53,071 nt of DNA from a virus (lineage: Duplodnaviria; Caudoviricetes): positions 1 to 53,071 of IMG/VR virus record IMGVR_UViG_3300027811_000005. One strand, 5' to 3'. Both the position numbers and the translations under genes were made by a program. Below the pieces are notes generated by a model that worked only from the letters and a program-made list of their open reading frames with translations, was not told where the DNA came from and did not search any database. Below are positions 1-10,451 of the stretch, piece after piece. Each line of letters starts with the position of its first letter. Within the stretch, counting starts at the first letter, position 1.

Positions 1-105
1 ATGGACGGGCGACGGCGCGCGATGGGCGCGCGGTCGCTCTTTTTGTGTCCTCAACCCCTAGCCCCTTCTCCCAAGGATTGGGAGAAGGGGAAGAAGGTGG
101 CATAG

Positions 106-2085
106 ATGGCGATCACGCTGGGTGATGCGATTCTGTATCTCAAGGCTAATCCTGATGCGTTGAATCGGGAGTTGGACAAGTCTGGCACGAAGGCCAAGAG
201 TTGGGCCGGTGAATTGGGCGGGGTGTTGAAGAATGCCATCAGTGTTGCTTTGGGTGGGCTTATTGAAACAGGTTTCAGGAAGGTGACGGAGGGAATTGTC
301 AGTATAGGGAAACAGGCGCTTGATGTTGGAATGGATTATCAGTCGTCGTTGAACATGTTCCAGGCTGTTTCTGGCGCGACTGGTGATCAGATGCTTCGGG
401 TCGCCAAACTCGCTAAAGAACTTGGGGCTGACATGTCATTGCCAGCTACGAGCGCCGGAAATGCGGCTGAAGCGATGACAGAACTGGCAAAAGCCGGGTT
501 ATCAGTTGAGGATGTGCTGGCAGCAGCCAAAGGAACATTGCAACTGGCGGCCGCTGGCAATCTTTCTGAGGCACGTTCGGCTGAGATTGCGGCAAATGCG
601 TTGAACTCATTCAAGCTAAAAGGCTCGGATGCGAACCGGGTTGCCAACTTGTTGGCAGCGGCAGCGAATGCTTCAAGCGGTGAAGTGACTGACATGGCAG
701 ACTCATTGCAGATGGTGTCTGCGGTGGCTGCGGCCTCTGGTATTCCGATTCAGAATGTCGTGGCCATGATCAGTGAAATGGCTAACTCTGGCATCCAGGG
801 AAGTGACGCCGGTACCAGTCTGAAGCAAATGTTTCTCAGTCTTCAGGCTCCAACCAAGGCTGCGAGCAATACTTTGAATGACTTGGGGATCAAAGTCTAT
901 GACTCTAGTGGCAATATGAGGGACATGGCAGTTTTGATTGCTGAATTCTCAAATAAATTGGGGGGATTGACCCAGGAACAACGTAGTACAGCCCTAGCTA
1001 CAATTTTTGGGAGTGATGCTATCCGCGCCGCGAATATTGTTTTGGCGGGTGGCGTGGATAGCTACAACAAGATGCTAACAGCTGTTACCGAGGCGGGAGC
1101 GGCATCTGAACTAGCCGGGGCGCGGATGAAGGGGTTGAAAGGTGCGTTGGAGGGACTCAAGTCTCAGTGGGAAACATCACTATTGACGTTGGCTGAGCCA
1201 TTGCTTGAACCTCTAGACCGTGCTGTGAGAGCACTTGCAGATAAAGCCCCGACTTTACTCGACCCCGTGTTGAAAGGCATTGGGGAAGGGTTGGGGGGAT
1301 TTGTAACACGATTGACTGCTGCTTTTGAAAAAGGGGGTTTGGATGGATTATGGCAGCAAATTCAGTCTGAGGTACAGACAGGGTGGGATACTATTATATG
1401 GCCCAAGTTGAAGGAGTGGGGCGGGAAGTTTTGGGAGTGGGTGACGGGGAAGGAGGGGGCGCAAACGCAGGTTCCCTCAACAATGAACAGACTAATTGAG
1501 ACACTGAAGAAGTGGGCTGAGGATCCTACTACTCAGGCGCAGTTAGCTGCATTTGGAGAGAGGGCCGGGCGTGGGTTGGTGACTGGCGCACAGGTAGTGC
1601 TTACGAATGCAGCGACATGGGCACCAATCTGGAGTGAATTGGCTATATCGTTGGGCGAATCCCTCGCCCCTGCGGCACTTGAGGCTGGGGGGGCATTTGG
1701 TGCCTATTTTATAAAGTCTGTGTACGAGTCGGTTGGTTTGGGGTCTCAGTTCAAGGGTGGCTTGCAAGCACTGATGAATTTCAAGCATCTTATTGAGGGT
1801 AATCAAGCACCTGGTAGGGCAGGAGGCGGAAGTGTGTTTGGCGGGATACCTTCACTGGTAGGGGAAGGCGGTCCTGAACTGTTTTGGCCTGGACAGAATG
1901 GGACGATTACGCCGAACAATTCTCTTGCTGAGTTGATCGGGACGATGCGGGCACTGATGCAGGTTATGGCGGCGTCGGCTTCGAGGCCGAATCAGTTGGC
2001 GATGTACGGCGGGCAGACGTTCCCGTCTGTGGGCGGTGCGGGGGATATGATGGCGCAGTTGAATGCGCTGGCGCTGGGGAGGTAG
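106..2085 (+). CDS. Phage tail tape measure protein (TP901-like)
   Basis: Ala-rich helical 659 aa; TP901-core motifs (AAEAMTELAKAG, GIQGSDAGTSLK, GIKVYDSSGNMRD, IFGSDAIRAA); precedes tail-tip genes. Confidence 0.95.
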   Translation: MAITLGDAILYLKANPDALNRELDKSGTKAKSWAGELGGVLKNAISVALGGLIETGFRKVTEGIVSIGKQALDVGMDYQSSLNMFQAVSGATGDQMLRVAKLAKELGADMSLPATSAGNAAEAMTELAKAGLSVEDVLAAAKGTLQLAAAGNLSEARSAEIAANALNSFKLKGSDANRVANLLAAAANASSGEVTDMADSLQMVSAVAAASGIPIQNVVAMISEMANSGIQGSDAGTSLKQMFLSLQAPTKAASNTLNDLGIKVYDSSGNMRDMAVLIAEFSNKLGGLTQEQRSTALATIFGSDAIRAANIVLAGGVDSYNKMLTAVTEAGAASELAGARMKGLKGALEGLKSQWETSLLTLAEPLLEPLDRAVRALADKAPTLLDPVLKGIGEGLGGFVTRLTAAFEKGGLDGLWQQIQSEVQTGWDTIIWPKLKEWGGKFWEWVTGKEGAQTQVPSTMNRLIETLKKWAEDPTTQAQLAAFGERAGRGLVTGAQVVLTNAATWAPIWSELAISLGESLAPAALEAGGAFGAYFIKSVYESVGLGSQFKGGLQALMNFKHLIEGNQAPGRAGGGSVFGGIPSLVGEGGPELFWPGQNGTITPNNSLAELIGTMRALMQVMAASASRPNQLAMYGGQTFPSVGGAGDMMAQLNALALGR

Positions 2086-2205
2086 AATCCCCCCACCCCC
2101 GTCCCCTCCCCCGCGCGAGTACGCGCAGGAGAGGGGTGTGAGGCGGGACTGATAAGAAACGATTATGCGTGCCGTGCCTGGCACGGGGCGTGCTGAGGAA
2201 GATAG

Positions 2206-5200
2206 ATGACGCATCCAATTCCGTTTGCGATTGATGATCTGGTAGTTTGCGACAATTCTAACTGGCTTTCGTCGTTTGCGCCTGATGCGATGGGCTTGCC
2301 GCAGGTGAATGCACGACTCGGGCAGAGGTTCGGGGCGTGGCCGGTGCTCAGCGGGTTGGACCGACCAGGTCACAAGTTGACGATGACGACGATCTTTGGC
2401 GATACGCTTACGCCGGCGCAACGCGAGGCCGCGCGGTTGGTGTTGTTGCAGAAGGCCAATTACGAGCGGGAGGAACTGAAACGGTTGACGGCGGCGGATG
2501 GGGTGATCCCCGGCGTTGCGCCGTCGAGCGTGCTGCTGGCATTAGGGCCGTGGGACGTGGCGCGGAGTGGATCAACGTATGCGCCGCGAGATTTACTCGA
2601 TCAGGATACGATCGGGACGGTGACTGGCGGGGTGATTTGGCGGCCAGGAAGGTTCGGCAAGGCGGTGCAGATTGCAGAGGCGACAACGAACCTCATCTCG
2701 AATCCCAGCTTTGAAACGAACACGACCGGGTGGTTACCTGGGGCTGGAAATTCTATCACGCAAAGCACAAACTTTGCCCACGTCGGTTCATATTCAGCAA
2801 AATGTATCGAAGGCGGGGGTAAATATTTTGTTACGTACGTGCCCTATATTGCTGGTCAACCCTACATTCTTTCGCTTTGTGCCCGACGTGCTGACGGTGC
2901 TGCGGTGACGGCGGGGGACATCTATAATCTGTTACTGGCAAATATTGCCATGACCACTGCATCCATCACTTCTCTTGGAGACGGATGGTATAAAATTATT
3001 TCCAGTGTCCTGGTTGCTGCGGCGACGGAAACGCATAATGCAGGCTGGTATGTCGGGGATGGACGCACACTCTACGTGGACGCAGTTCAAGTGGAACAAA
3101 AAGCCTACGCCACGCCTTACTGCGACGGTTCACTTGGAACGGGCCATAGCTGGAGTGGAACGGCCCATGCCAGCACCAGCAGTCGGACGGCAGCGAGTTG
3201 CAAGTTAACGAATCCGATCTCTACGACGGCAGGGACGGTGGCACTATGGTGGCGTTATCCCAATGCAAGCACAACGACACAGACGTCACCCTACTTGTTT
3301 TCCGAGGGAAATCTCAAGGCATACTATCTAGCTGCGGATGATAAACTCTATTTTACGGATGGAATAAATACCATCAGCACGGCGGCGCTGACGTTCAGTG
3401 CATGGACGTGGATGCACCTAGAGTTCACATGGGCGTCTGGAGCACTGGCGATTTACATAAATGGGGCGAGCGTGGCGACCGGAGCGACCTATACGGCTCC
3501 GACGCTGGGGGCTTTTCTCTATTTTGGAAGCGACACAAGTGGAGCGAATCAATGCAACGGGTTGCTGGAAGGCGTGTTAGTGATGGGTGTGGCGTTGACC
3601 GCGACGCAGGTGGCAGCGCTGTATGCCAACTCATTGGCGGCGGACTGGAAGGCGCGCTGGCTGAATGTGAAGTGCGAGGCGTGCCAGCCTCTCCAGAATA
3701 GCAATCACGGGTTGGTGAGTACGTTTGCCGTGGATAAGGAGGTGCGCTGGCGAAGCCGGGACGGGGCGCAGTTCTGGCGGGTGATCGCGGCAACCGGCTC
3801 TTTTGTGGTGAACAACGACGGGGACGACGATGCCTATCCTGTGATCTATATCACGCCCAAGACGGCCAAGACCGGAAATGTCTGGAGTTACAAGCGGTGG
3901 ATCCCGGTCAAGTGGATGGCCAGCGATGCGGCCACGAATTATCCAACGGACATTTGTAATGACGGCTTTGACACGCAGACGCTTGTGACGGCCAGCAAGA
4001 TGCAGGCGAACGGGGACGATTTGCGCGTGAAGGTGGATGGCACGGAGGTTGCTCGGTGGCTGGACGGGATCAACACTGCGACTACGAAGGTGTGGTGCAA
4101 CCTGAACTTTTTGGCAAGCCAGACGGCGACGATGGCGGTCATTGGCGACACGACCGGCACGACATTGACTTCAACGACTGACATCACGAACTGGCCGAGC
4201 ACCGGGATTCTCTATATTGACACTGAGGCGATCACTTACACAGGTAAAAGCGTCGCAAATAAGCAGTTCACCGGTTGCACCCGTGGGGCGAAAGGGACTA
4301 CAGCGGCCACCCATGCTGCCAGCGCAACGGCGTATTGGATTCAGCACGACATCTGGATCCTCTATGGAAACGCCGGAGCGAGCGCGCCGACGGTGGACGA
4401 TAACTACAAACCGGCGTTTGAGTTGGATCACAGCACTAATACGAGTTGGGTGTATGAGGTGTTTGGGGAGGATGATAGGCTCAGGACTGCAGCCTGGGAA
4501 TTAAATGCTTACTATACGACTGGAGGAGGCGGAGAGGCTACGTCTCTGACAAGCGCAAATCATGGAACCCTGGCTACTCCGTGGACAGATGTCGGCATTG
4601 CAATGGTCTGCACAGGAGGATCGGGGAAAGCACGACTTACAGTCTATAATCCATGCGGCATCACATCTGCTAATTTTTCAAATGGAGAATACTACCGTAC
4701 CACGGTATACTGTGATACGCTCAGTGTCGTGTCGTCTGTGAATGGCAGCGCTTGGGCAACTGAAGCAAATGTTTCATTAACATGTGATTCGACTTGGCGT
4801 GCATGGTCGTTTAATGCAGCTATAACGGCGGGAAGCAAGTATGTTGGTTTCGACATGTATGGTTACGCAAATCCTGCAGCAACCGTGTATAGTGAGTTGG
4901 CTGACGCAACGCTCACACTTAACTCAACCTTTACGCCTGTGGTTGTCCTCGGGGCCGAGCAGTCCAACTATGACCTGGCTGTGACGCTGACCAATTCAAC
5001 GACGGGAGAGTCGGTTCAAGTCACACTGACAATGCAGATCAGCCAGACGCTTGAAATAGACACGGATAACAAGACCGTGATCCTGCTGGCAGATAATAGC
5101 AATCAACGGCAGGCGCTCACGGAGGTGGGCGGGGCTAGACTGGACTGGCTGAGGCTGGTAACAGGGAATAATACGCTGACGTGGAGTGACACGGGAACGG

Positions 5201-5247
5201 TCAGCGTCGAGGTAGAGATTCTGTTCGACCGGAGGTACATCGAATGA
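2206..5247 (+). CDS. Distal tail/baseplate protein with inserted carbohydrate-binding and LamG-like domains
   Basis: Follows TMP; TNLISNPSFE...DAVQVEQ CBM-like segment; LamG-like WMHLEFTW...IYING...ALTATQVAALY; Dit-like C-terminus (LEIDTDNKTV...LVTGNNTLTW). Confidence 0.75.
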   Translation: MTHPIPFAIDDLVVCDNSNWLSSFAPDAMGLPQVNARLGQRFGAWPVLSGLDRPGHKLTMTTIFGDTLTPAQREAARLVLLQKANYEREELKRLTAADGVIPGVAPSSVLLALGPWDVARSGSTYAPRDLLDQDTIGTVTGGVIWRPGRFGKAVQIAEATTNLISNPSFETNTTGWLPGAGNSITQSTNFAHVGSYSAKCIEGGGKYFVTYVPYIAGQPYILSLCARRADGAAVTAGDIYNLLLANIAMTTASITSLGDGWYKIISSVLVAAATETHNAGWYVGDGRTLYVDAVQVEQKAYATPYCDGSLGTGHSWSGTAHASTSSRTAASCKLTNPISTTAGTVALWWRYPNASTTTQTSPYLFSEGNLKAYYLAADDKLYFTDGINTISTAALTFSAWTWMHLEFTWASGALAIYINGASVATGATYTAPTLGAFLYFGSDTSGANQCNGLLEGVLVMGVALTATQVAALYANSLAADWKARWLNVKCEACQPLQNSNHGLVSTFAVDKEVRWRSRDGAQFWRVIAATGSFVVNNDGDDDAYPVIYITPKTAKTGNVWSYKRWIPVKWMASDAATNYPTDICNDGFDTQTLVTASKMQANGDDLRVKVDGTEVARWLDGINTATTKVWCNLNFLASQTATMAVIGDTTGTTLTSTTDITNWPSTGILYIDTEAITYTGKSVANKQFTGCTRGAKGTTAATHAASATAYWIQHDIWILYGNAGASAPTVDDNYKPAFELDHSTNTSWVYEVFGEDDRLRTAAWELNAYYTTGGGGEATSLTSANHGTLATPWTDVGIAMVCTGGSGKARLTVYNPCGITSANFSNGEYYRTTVYCDTLSVVSSVNGSAWATEANVSLTCDSTWRAWSFNAAITAGSKYVGFDMYGYANPAATVYSELADATLTLNSTFTPVVVLGAEQSNYDLAVTLTNSTTGESVQVTLTMQISQTLEIDTDNKTVILLADNSNQRQALTEVGGARLDWLRLVTGNNTLTWSDTGTVSVEVEILFDRRYIE

Positions 5248-5564
5248 GAACGAACTTGAAATTTTGGGTTGACGCCAACAATGCGCGTTGGATGAGGATG
5301 ACATTGCTCGGCGACGGATGGCCGACCGGGTGGGGCGTGCCGTACTCATACCTGGCTTCGTGGGGCTTTTTGCCGTATTTCAAGGTGCCGCCAGCGGATC
5401 CGGGGGGGTTACTGGCCGGGCAGGACTATGCCATGAGCGACACGCTGGCCTTGCAGTCATTTGATGCTATGCTCGACCTTTTGCATCAACTCATCAGCGC
5501 GCTCAAACCCGTTACGCCGGAGAATTCCACATTTCTCGTCGAGGATGAGAGAGGATACACGTAG
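5244..5564 (+). CDS. Hypothetical tail-region protein
   Basis: ATGA overlap with the upstream gene; abuts the next gene. Confidence 0.55.
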   Translation: MRTNLKFWVDANNARWMRMTLLGDGWPTGWGVPYSYLASWGFLPYFKVPPADPGGLLAGQDYAMSDTLALQSFDAMLDLLHQLISALKPVTPENSTFLVEDERGYT

Positions 5565-6589
5565 TGGCGACAATCGAGGCGACAATCTGCGATCAGAGTT
5601 TCCATGCGCTGGCCGATATTGTTCCGAGTTGGGAGTCGGTCGCCTGGAGGTTGAACGGGATCGGAATGGCCCGGTTCAACTTGCCTTATGTAGACGCTGC
5701 ATGCAGGCGAGACTATCTGCGTGAAGGCAACGGGCTGTATCTCAGGTTTTCCGAAGACGTTGGGTTGCCGGCCTGGGGAGGCGTGCTGGATCTGCCGCAA
5801 GATCAGGATGAGGATGGAATAACGCAGAGCGCGTACAGCGGGGAATACATTTTGACCTGGCGCGAGACGGGCCTGAACAGGCTATTTAGCGCGACGGCGC
5901 CGGGAATGATTTTCAAAGGTCTGATTGACGATGCGAATGGCATTGTTCCAACCGGGATCACGATTGACACGATCTATACAGGCGGGACAGCCATTGACAA
6001 GGCGTACCATTTTCACGAGTTGTTCCGACAGTCTCAAGAGCTTTCTGACGCTGCGGGGCCGGATTTTGCCGTGATCCCGGCCTATAGCGGAGGCGTTCTT
6101 TCGTTCAAAGCGAACTGGTACGAGAGACGCGGCCAGGACTCGCGCGGAAAGGTTTATCTGGTCGAGGGTAAGAATGTATCCAAGGCAAGACTCACACGGC
6201 AGGGCAACCTGGCAAATCACATCGAGATGGCGGGGAATGGAGCCAGTTGGGGGCCTGAGCGGTATGTGAAATCGGAGGACGATGCAGAGGCGAGAGCCGT
6301 ATCGGGGTATCGAGAATGGAAGGAAGTCAACTCGTCCATTTCTTCGCAAGCAACGATTGATGCTCACGCTGCTGCCAAGTTGGCAGAGTTGGCATGGCCA
6401 ACGAATGCGATCAGCATTTCGGTGTTGAATGAAAAGCCCAGTCTATTCGCCGATTATGACGTGGGCGATCTGGTCAGTTGCCAATTGTTTCTCAAGTCGC
6501 CAGAGTGGGTGTTCGAGGGTGACATTCGGATCATGGCACGAGAGTGGACGCCAAGCGGGGTTGAACTGGTGGTGCAAGAATGGCGCTGA
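5564..6589 (+). CDS. Minor tail / baseplate hub protein (Gp37-like)
   Basis: Position in tail operon; WRLNGIG, WGGVL and C-terminal DYDVGDLV motifs typical of siphovirus minor tail proteins. Confidence 0.7.
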   Translation: MATIEATICDQSFHALADIVPSWESVAWRLNGIGMARFNLPYVDAACRRDYLREGNGLYLRFSEDVGLPAWGGVLDLPQDQDEDGITQSAYSGEYILTWRETGLNRLFSATAPGMIFKGLIDDANGIVPTGITIDTIYTGGTAIDKAYHFHELFRQSQELSDAAGPDFAVIPAYSGGVLSFKANWYERRGQDSRGKVYLVEGKNVSKARLTRQGNLANHIEMAGNGASWGPERYVKSEDDAEARAVSGYREWKEVNSSISSQATIDAHAAAKLAELAWPTNAISISVLNEKPSLFADYDVGDLVSCQLFLKSPEWVFEGDIRIMAREWTPSGVELVVQEWR

Positions 6590-6786
6590 CGCTGGATGCT
6601 CAAAAGGACAATTTGATTGCCCGCATCATCGAACTCGAGCGGGAGGTCGAGGAGTTGAAACGGACCCGACCTTGGGCGATTATTGATGCTTACGTGGCCG
6701 GGGCGGTATCTTCAACTGGGTATCTGCCACTCGTGATCGTTGTGAATGGGGTGGAGACAATGTATAAGGTGGCAGTGGCGACTTAG
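6580..6786 (+). CDS. Small coiled-coil tail-region protein
   Basis: LIARIIELEREVEELKR; overlaps the previous gene; last gene of the late operon. Confidence 0.6.
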   Translation: MALTLDAQKDNLIARIIELEREVEELKRTRPWAIIDAYVAGAVSSTGYLPLVIVVNGVETMYKVAVAT

Positions 6787-6884
6787 GCCCTCATCCCCCG
6801 GCCCCTTCTCCCGAAGATCGGGAGAAGGGGAGAAGATCCTCATCCCCGCCCTTTCTCCCAAGGATTGGGGGAAGGGAGTTAGGA

Positions 6885-7814
6885 TTAGAGACGCCAGTTG
6901 GAGACGGGGGAGGCTTGACGGTGGGCGGTTTCGATGTCGGCCTGGGCGATGGCGAGATAGCGGCGCACCATCTCCATTGTGGAGTGTCCCAGGATGGTTT
7001 GCAGGGCGTAGGCATTGCCGCCATTGCGCAGAAAGTTGATGGCGAAGGTGTGCCGAAATCGGTGCGGGTGGCAATCGGGCACGCCGGCGCGCTCGCCGAC
7101 GCGGTGACAGAGTTTGATCAGGTCGTAACGTTCGAGTGGATGACCCTGAATCGTCAGGAAAACACGGTCGGCATTATCTTGTGGAGTGGGTCGGGTCGAT
7201 GTGTAACGCCAGATCGCCTGTGCGGTTGAGGCTGAAAACGGAATGACTCTCTCCTTGGTTCCTTTGCCTAAGACAAGCAACCGCTTGTTGGTCAGGTCGG
7301 TGTTGGACAGTTTCAACTCACACAGTTCTGTGGCACGGATGCCGGTATCCAGCAAAGTGAGGATCACGGCACGGTTTCTAAGGGCGGAGCACAGCCCGTG
7401 GGTACATTCACGCTTGCCGGGTCGAGAGTAGGGGCGTGACTTGGCGAGTGCATTGAGGAGAGCGCGCACATCAGTCTCCGTGAAGGGGACGATGGCGCGT
7501 ATCTCTGGATCGGGAGCATCAATATCCCGGATGAGGTTGTGGGGGACGATGTCTTCTTTGACGCACCAAGTCCAGAGCGCGGATAGACCGACGTGGATAT
7601 TCAGCAGGGTCTTTTTTGAGATGCCAGTCTGTGCGTTGAGGAAAGCACAGACCTGATCATCCGTGATAGAGGCGATGAGGGGATCGTCTGGAAAGTGGCG
7701 CTGGAGCTTGCCGAATGAGTTGGTGTAGTCGGCTATTGTGTGCGGGCTGAGTCGCCTGGCCTGAGCGGCGATGAGGTAGCCTTGCACGGCTTGTGAGAGT
7801 GTGATCTTATCCAT
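6885..7814 (-). CDS. int: Tyrosine integrase (phage integrase)
   Basis: LLDTGIRATEL, GKGTKER, HPHRFRHTFA, ILGHSTMEMVRRY catalytic motifs; ATG at 7814; next to tRNA fragment. Confidence 0.95.
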   Translation of the reverse strand: MDKITLSQAVQGYLIAAQARRLSPHTIADYTNSFGKLQRHFPDDPLIASITDDQVCAFLNAQTGISKKTLLNIHVGLSALWTWCVKEDIVPHNLIRDIDAPDPEIRAIVPFTETDVRALLNALAKSRPYSRPGKRECTHGLCSALRNRAVILTLLDTGIRATELCELKLSNTDLTNKRLLVLGKGTKERVIPFSASTAQAIWRYTSTRPTPQDNADRVFLTIQGHPLERYDLIKLCHRVGERAGVPDCHPHRFRHTFAINFLRNGGNAYALQTILGHSTMEMVRRYLAIAQADIETAHRQASPVSNWRL

Positions 7815-8000
7815 GTGTCCCCCGGTTGTGTGGCTCGGAACCGATAACAATGAGTTATCAGACCAGAAATTACGTTTTTTTTATTACTGGATGGGAGGTT
7901 AGCCAAGTGGCGTAGGGTAGGGTGATTTTGTCAGATCTGCTCGCTTGTGTCCACATGGGTGATGAGAATTGGGCAACCGTGAAGACACTGGTTGCACTTT

Positions 8001-8054
8001 GTCGGGGCGAGAGGACTTGAACCTCCGACCCCACGGTCCCAAACCGTGTGCTAC
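8001..8054 (-). other. attP core: 3' portion of tRNA-Pro(TGG)
   Basis: Minus strand GTAGCACACGG-TTTGGGA-CCGTGGGGTCGGAGGTTCAAGTCCTCTCGCCCCGAC has anticodon arm, T-arm and 3' acceptor strand, but the 5' acceptor strand is absent. Confidence 0.9.
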
Positions 8055-8233
8055 GAGGTTGCTACCAGTGGTCACATGTTTGGGTGCTAGGGCGTACCAT
8101 GTGGTCTCCGGTGCAACGAACCATGTGGACAGTGGTTGTTACAAGGGAATGGTACGCATTTTCTTGTAACAGTTATCCCCCTACCCTCTTCACTTGCACT
8201 GCCCCCCCCCACGATAACAGAATGGAGACGACG

Positions 8234-8383
8234 ATGACAAACTTGTTGATTGCATTAGGTTTCTGGTTTGGCGGTCTTGTGATCGGGACAACCATAGGCT
8301 GCGCGGTTGGTTGTTCCTTTATGGCTTGGCTCCTTCAAGATGCGCTCAACAAGGGTGAAATAATCTCAAGAATCAAGAAGTAG
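8234..8383 (+). CDS. Small membrane protein
   Basis: GGAG RBS, MTNLLIALGFWFGG... hydrophobic helix. Confidence 0.5.
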   Translation: MTNLLIALGFWFGGLVIGTTIGCAVGCSFMAWLLQDALNKGEIISRIKK

Positions 8384-8387
8384 CAAG

Positions 8388-8747
8388 TTAGGGCAGCATG
8401 AGTTTCCGTTTTGCCATCTCAATGAGCATGGCGGTTATGACTTGGATGGATGCTGTCCCGCTTGTTTCTGCCAGTTTCTTTTTCACGCGATCCCAGAGCG
8501 TATCATCTCGAGCTGCGTCCAAGAATTCGTGCCCCTGCCAGGTTAGCCTTTTGGCCTGCCACCAAAAGCGCTGTTGAATGTTCATGTTATGCGCTTCTAT
8601 CAGGCCAGCTTCTCCAAGTAGCATGAGGTGGTACGAGACCGTCTCCGGGGATTGACCTTCGATATTCACCTCGAATGGGATCTCTGTGAATGGATGCTTT
8701 TCAATCTCCAGCAGGATTTGCCGGATGAGTTCCATGTCGCGTTTCAT
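8388..8747 (-). CDS. DUF2513-family protein
   Basis: MKRDMELIRQILL...YHLMLL.EAGLI...RLTWQGHEFLD signature. Confidence 0.9.
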   Translation of the reverse strand: MKRDMELIRQILLEIEKHPFTEIPFEVNIEGQSPETVSYHLMLLGEAGLIEAHNMNIQQRFWWQAKRLTWQGHEFLDAARDDTLWDRVKKKLAETSGTASIQVITAMLIEMAKRKLMLP

Positions 8748-8808
8748 GTTGCTTACCCTTTGAATATAGCATCATGGCATGGGGGCAACCGCAAGGGTTG
8801 CTCCTACA

Positions 8809-9579
8809 TTAGTAGTCGTAATCCTCGCAGGCTAATCCGTCTTTGTCTCCGTCTAGTCTGAATCTATCTGTCGTTGGGCCACCACATTTTATGAAGCAGG
8901 CTTGTGCATCTTGATGACCAGTGAAGTCGTCGCAGTTCAGGTCAGGGCCATTGCAGTCACATGATGAGAATACAACAGGTTCTGTTGGCCAAGGAGTCCA
9001 GGAAGGCTGCGGAGTGGTAGTCGGGCGCGGTGTGTTGGTTGGTCTGGACGTGCCAGTAGGCCAAGGAGTCCAAGAAGGTTGTGGAGTAGAAGTCGGGCGT
9101 GATGTCATGCTTGGCTCTGGTGTTTTTGTCTGGTAAGGAGCGACGGTCGGAAAAGAAGTTACTGGTGGTTGTGTTGCTGAATTTTGAGTAGCAGCCACAG
9201 TGGGTAACTCAGCGGACGGATTTGCGAGTGTGGTGACGGCAGGCGTTGGTGTATGTGTTGTTTGAAGAGATGTGGCTTGGAGTGGCGTGATCGGGCTTGG
9301 CATTGGGGTGGATGTCGGTGGTGTACTGGTTGGTTTGGGAACTGTGGGCGGTGATGTTGGCTGAATGGTTGGCGGCGGTGAGGTTGGCTTTGGCGCTGCT
9401 GGTTGAGTTGGTTGTCGCTGGGTGGGAGCTGGCACTGGCGCCGGTGGCGCTGCGGCCGGATGCGCCGGCGCGCGTGAATTGGCGGAATAGATGATGGCCC
9501 CCGCCAGACTGCTGAGACCACAGCAGAGGGCGACGATGAGGATGAGGGCGGAGGCGAGATTGAGTGTGCGATCTTTCAT
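8809..9579 (-). CDS. Membrane-anchored Pro/Thr-rich protein with C-terminal Excalibur Ca-binding-like domain
   Basis: N-terminal TM helix, long P/T linker, DLNCDDF...AQACF...RLDGDKDGLACE. Confidence 0.8.
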   Translation of the reverse strand: MKDRTLNLASALILIVALCCGLSSLAGAIIYSANSRAPAHPAAAPPAPVPAPTQRQPTQPAAPKPTSPPPTIQPTSPPTVPKPTSTPPTSTPMPSPITPLQATSLQTTHTPTPAVTTLANPSAELPTVAATQNSATQPPVTSFPTVAPYQTKTPEPSMTSRPTSTPQPSWTPWPTGTSRPTNTPRPTTTPQPSWTPWPTEPVVFSSCDCNGPDLNCDDFTGHQDAQACFIKCGGPTTDRFRLDGDKDGLACEDYDY

Positions 9580-9931
9580 GCTATCTGCCCTTTGAGCATA
9601 GCGCAATGGCTATGCGAGGGTCAATACTTCCATCCGCGCGGCTTTTTTCTGCGTCTTTGGTTTCATTACTTCTCGGAAGATCATTTCAAATGGCAACAGA
9701 ATTATTTTGATGGGTAACAGGATCAAGTACCCAAGACAGGTAGCAGTATTATCTGTCAATGTTTTGCGTGGCATAGTATCCCTCTACCCTGCCCCGATGA
9801 GGCGCAGAGGCACCCATTCGATGAAGGTCCAGACGCGCAGTCCCCATCTGCGCGCCAGGATGAGGTTGCGCAGTTCTTTCAGGTCATCGAGCGGCAATTG
9901 CGGCAGGATGGCTGCAAAGGCACGCTCTCGA

Positions 9932-10312
9932 TCAGACACTCTGCTTCTTCCCACGGCTCTCTCTCTTTTTGCGTTCCAACTTGAGCCGCGCTATCTGTAG
10001 CACTTCCTCTTGATCCGCTTCGCTCAGGTCGGGAAAGATGTGGAGTATCTCGTCCACCAAGGCGCTATGGTTGCCTTGAGGAGATATGGGCAGCAACTCT
10101 AGTTTTCTGAGCACGACTTCCGGGGGGATGTTTATGGCCTGGGCGAGTGCGATACCAGCATCCCACCCAATACCCTGTACACCTGATCTGGCCTTACTTA
10201 TGACCGAATGTGCGATTCCTGCTTTTTTTGCAACGGCATAGTCAGTCAGATCTAGGTCATGCAAGCGTGTATCTAGCCACTTGAAGAATGTAGGGGGTGT
10301 CTGTTTACTCAT
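9932..10312 (-). CDS. XRE-family HTH immunity repressor (CI-like)
   Basis: LTDYAVAKKAGIAHSVISKARSG HTH; divergent from cro-like gene. Confidence 0.8.
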   Translation of the reverse strand: MSKQTPPTFFKWLDTRLHDLDLTDYAVAKKAGIAHSVISKARSGVQGIGWDAGIALAQAINIPPEVVLRKLELLPISPQGNHSALVDEILHIFPDLSEADQEEVLQIARLKLERKKRESRGKKQSV

Positions 10313-10316
10313 AGTT

Positions 10317-10401
10317 TTGCCTGTTGACAATTATGCCTCATTTTGCCGTGTGAAAACACTCAAAATATTGCCTATTGACACGGATATATATATATGGTAT
10401 T
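10317..10401. promoter_or_regulatory. Lysis/lysogeny switch region with repeated TTGCCT(G/A)TTGACA
   Basis: AT-rich divergent intergenic region; direct repeats at ~10317 and ~10368; TTGACA 10375-10380. Confidence 0.55.
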
Positions 10402-10451
10402 ATGTGTGCGTAGGGACGGGATTGAGTGTGTAAGTACAGTAGGAGAAGATC

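Noticed and set aside
2206-6786. Diversity-generating retroelement targeting tail genes
   Set aside because: No reverse transcriptase motifs and no TR/VR pair noticed
8001-8054. Functional tRNA-Pro gene
   Set aside because: The 5' acceptor strand and most of the D-arm are missing; better explained as attP
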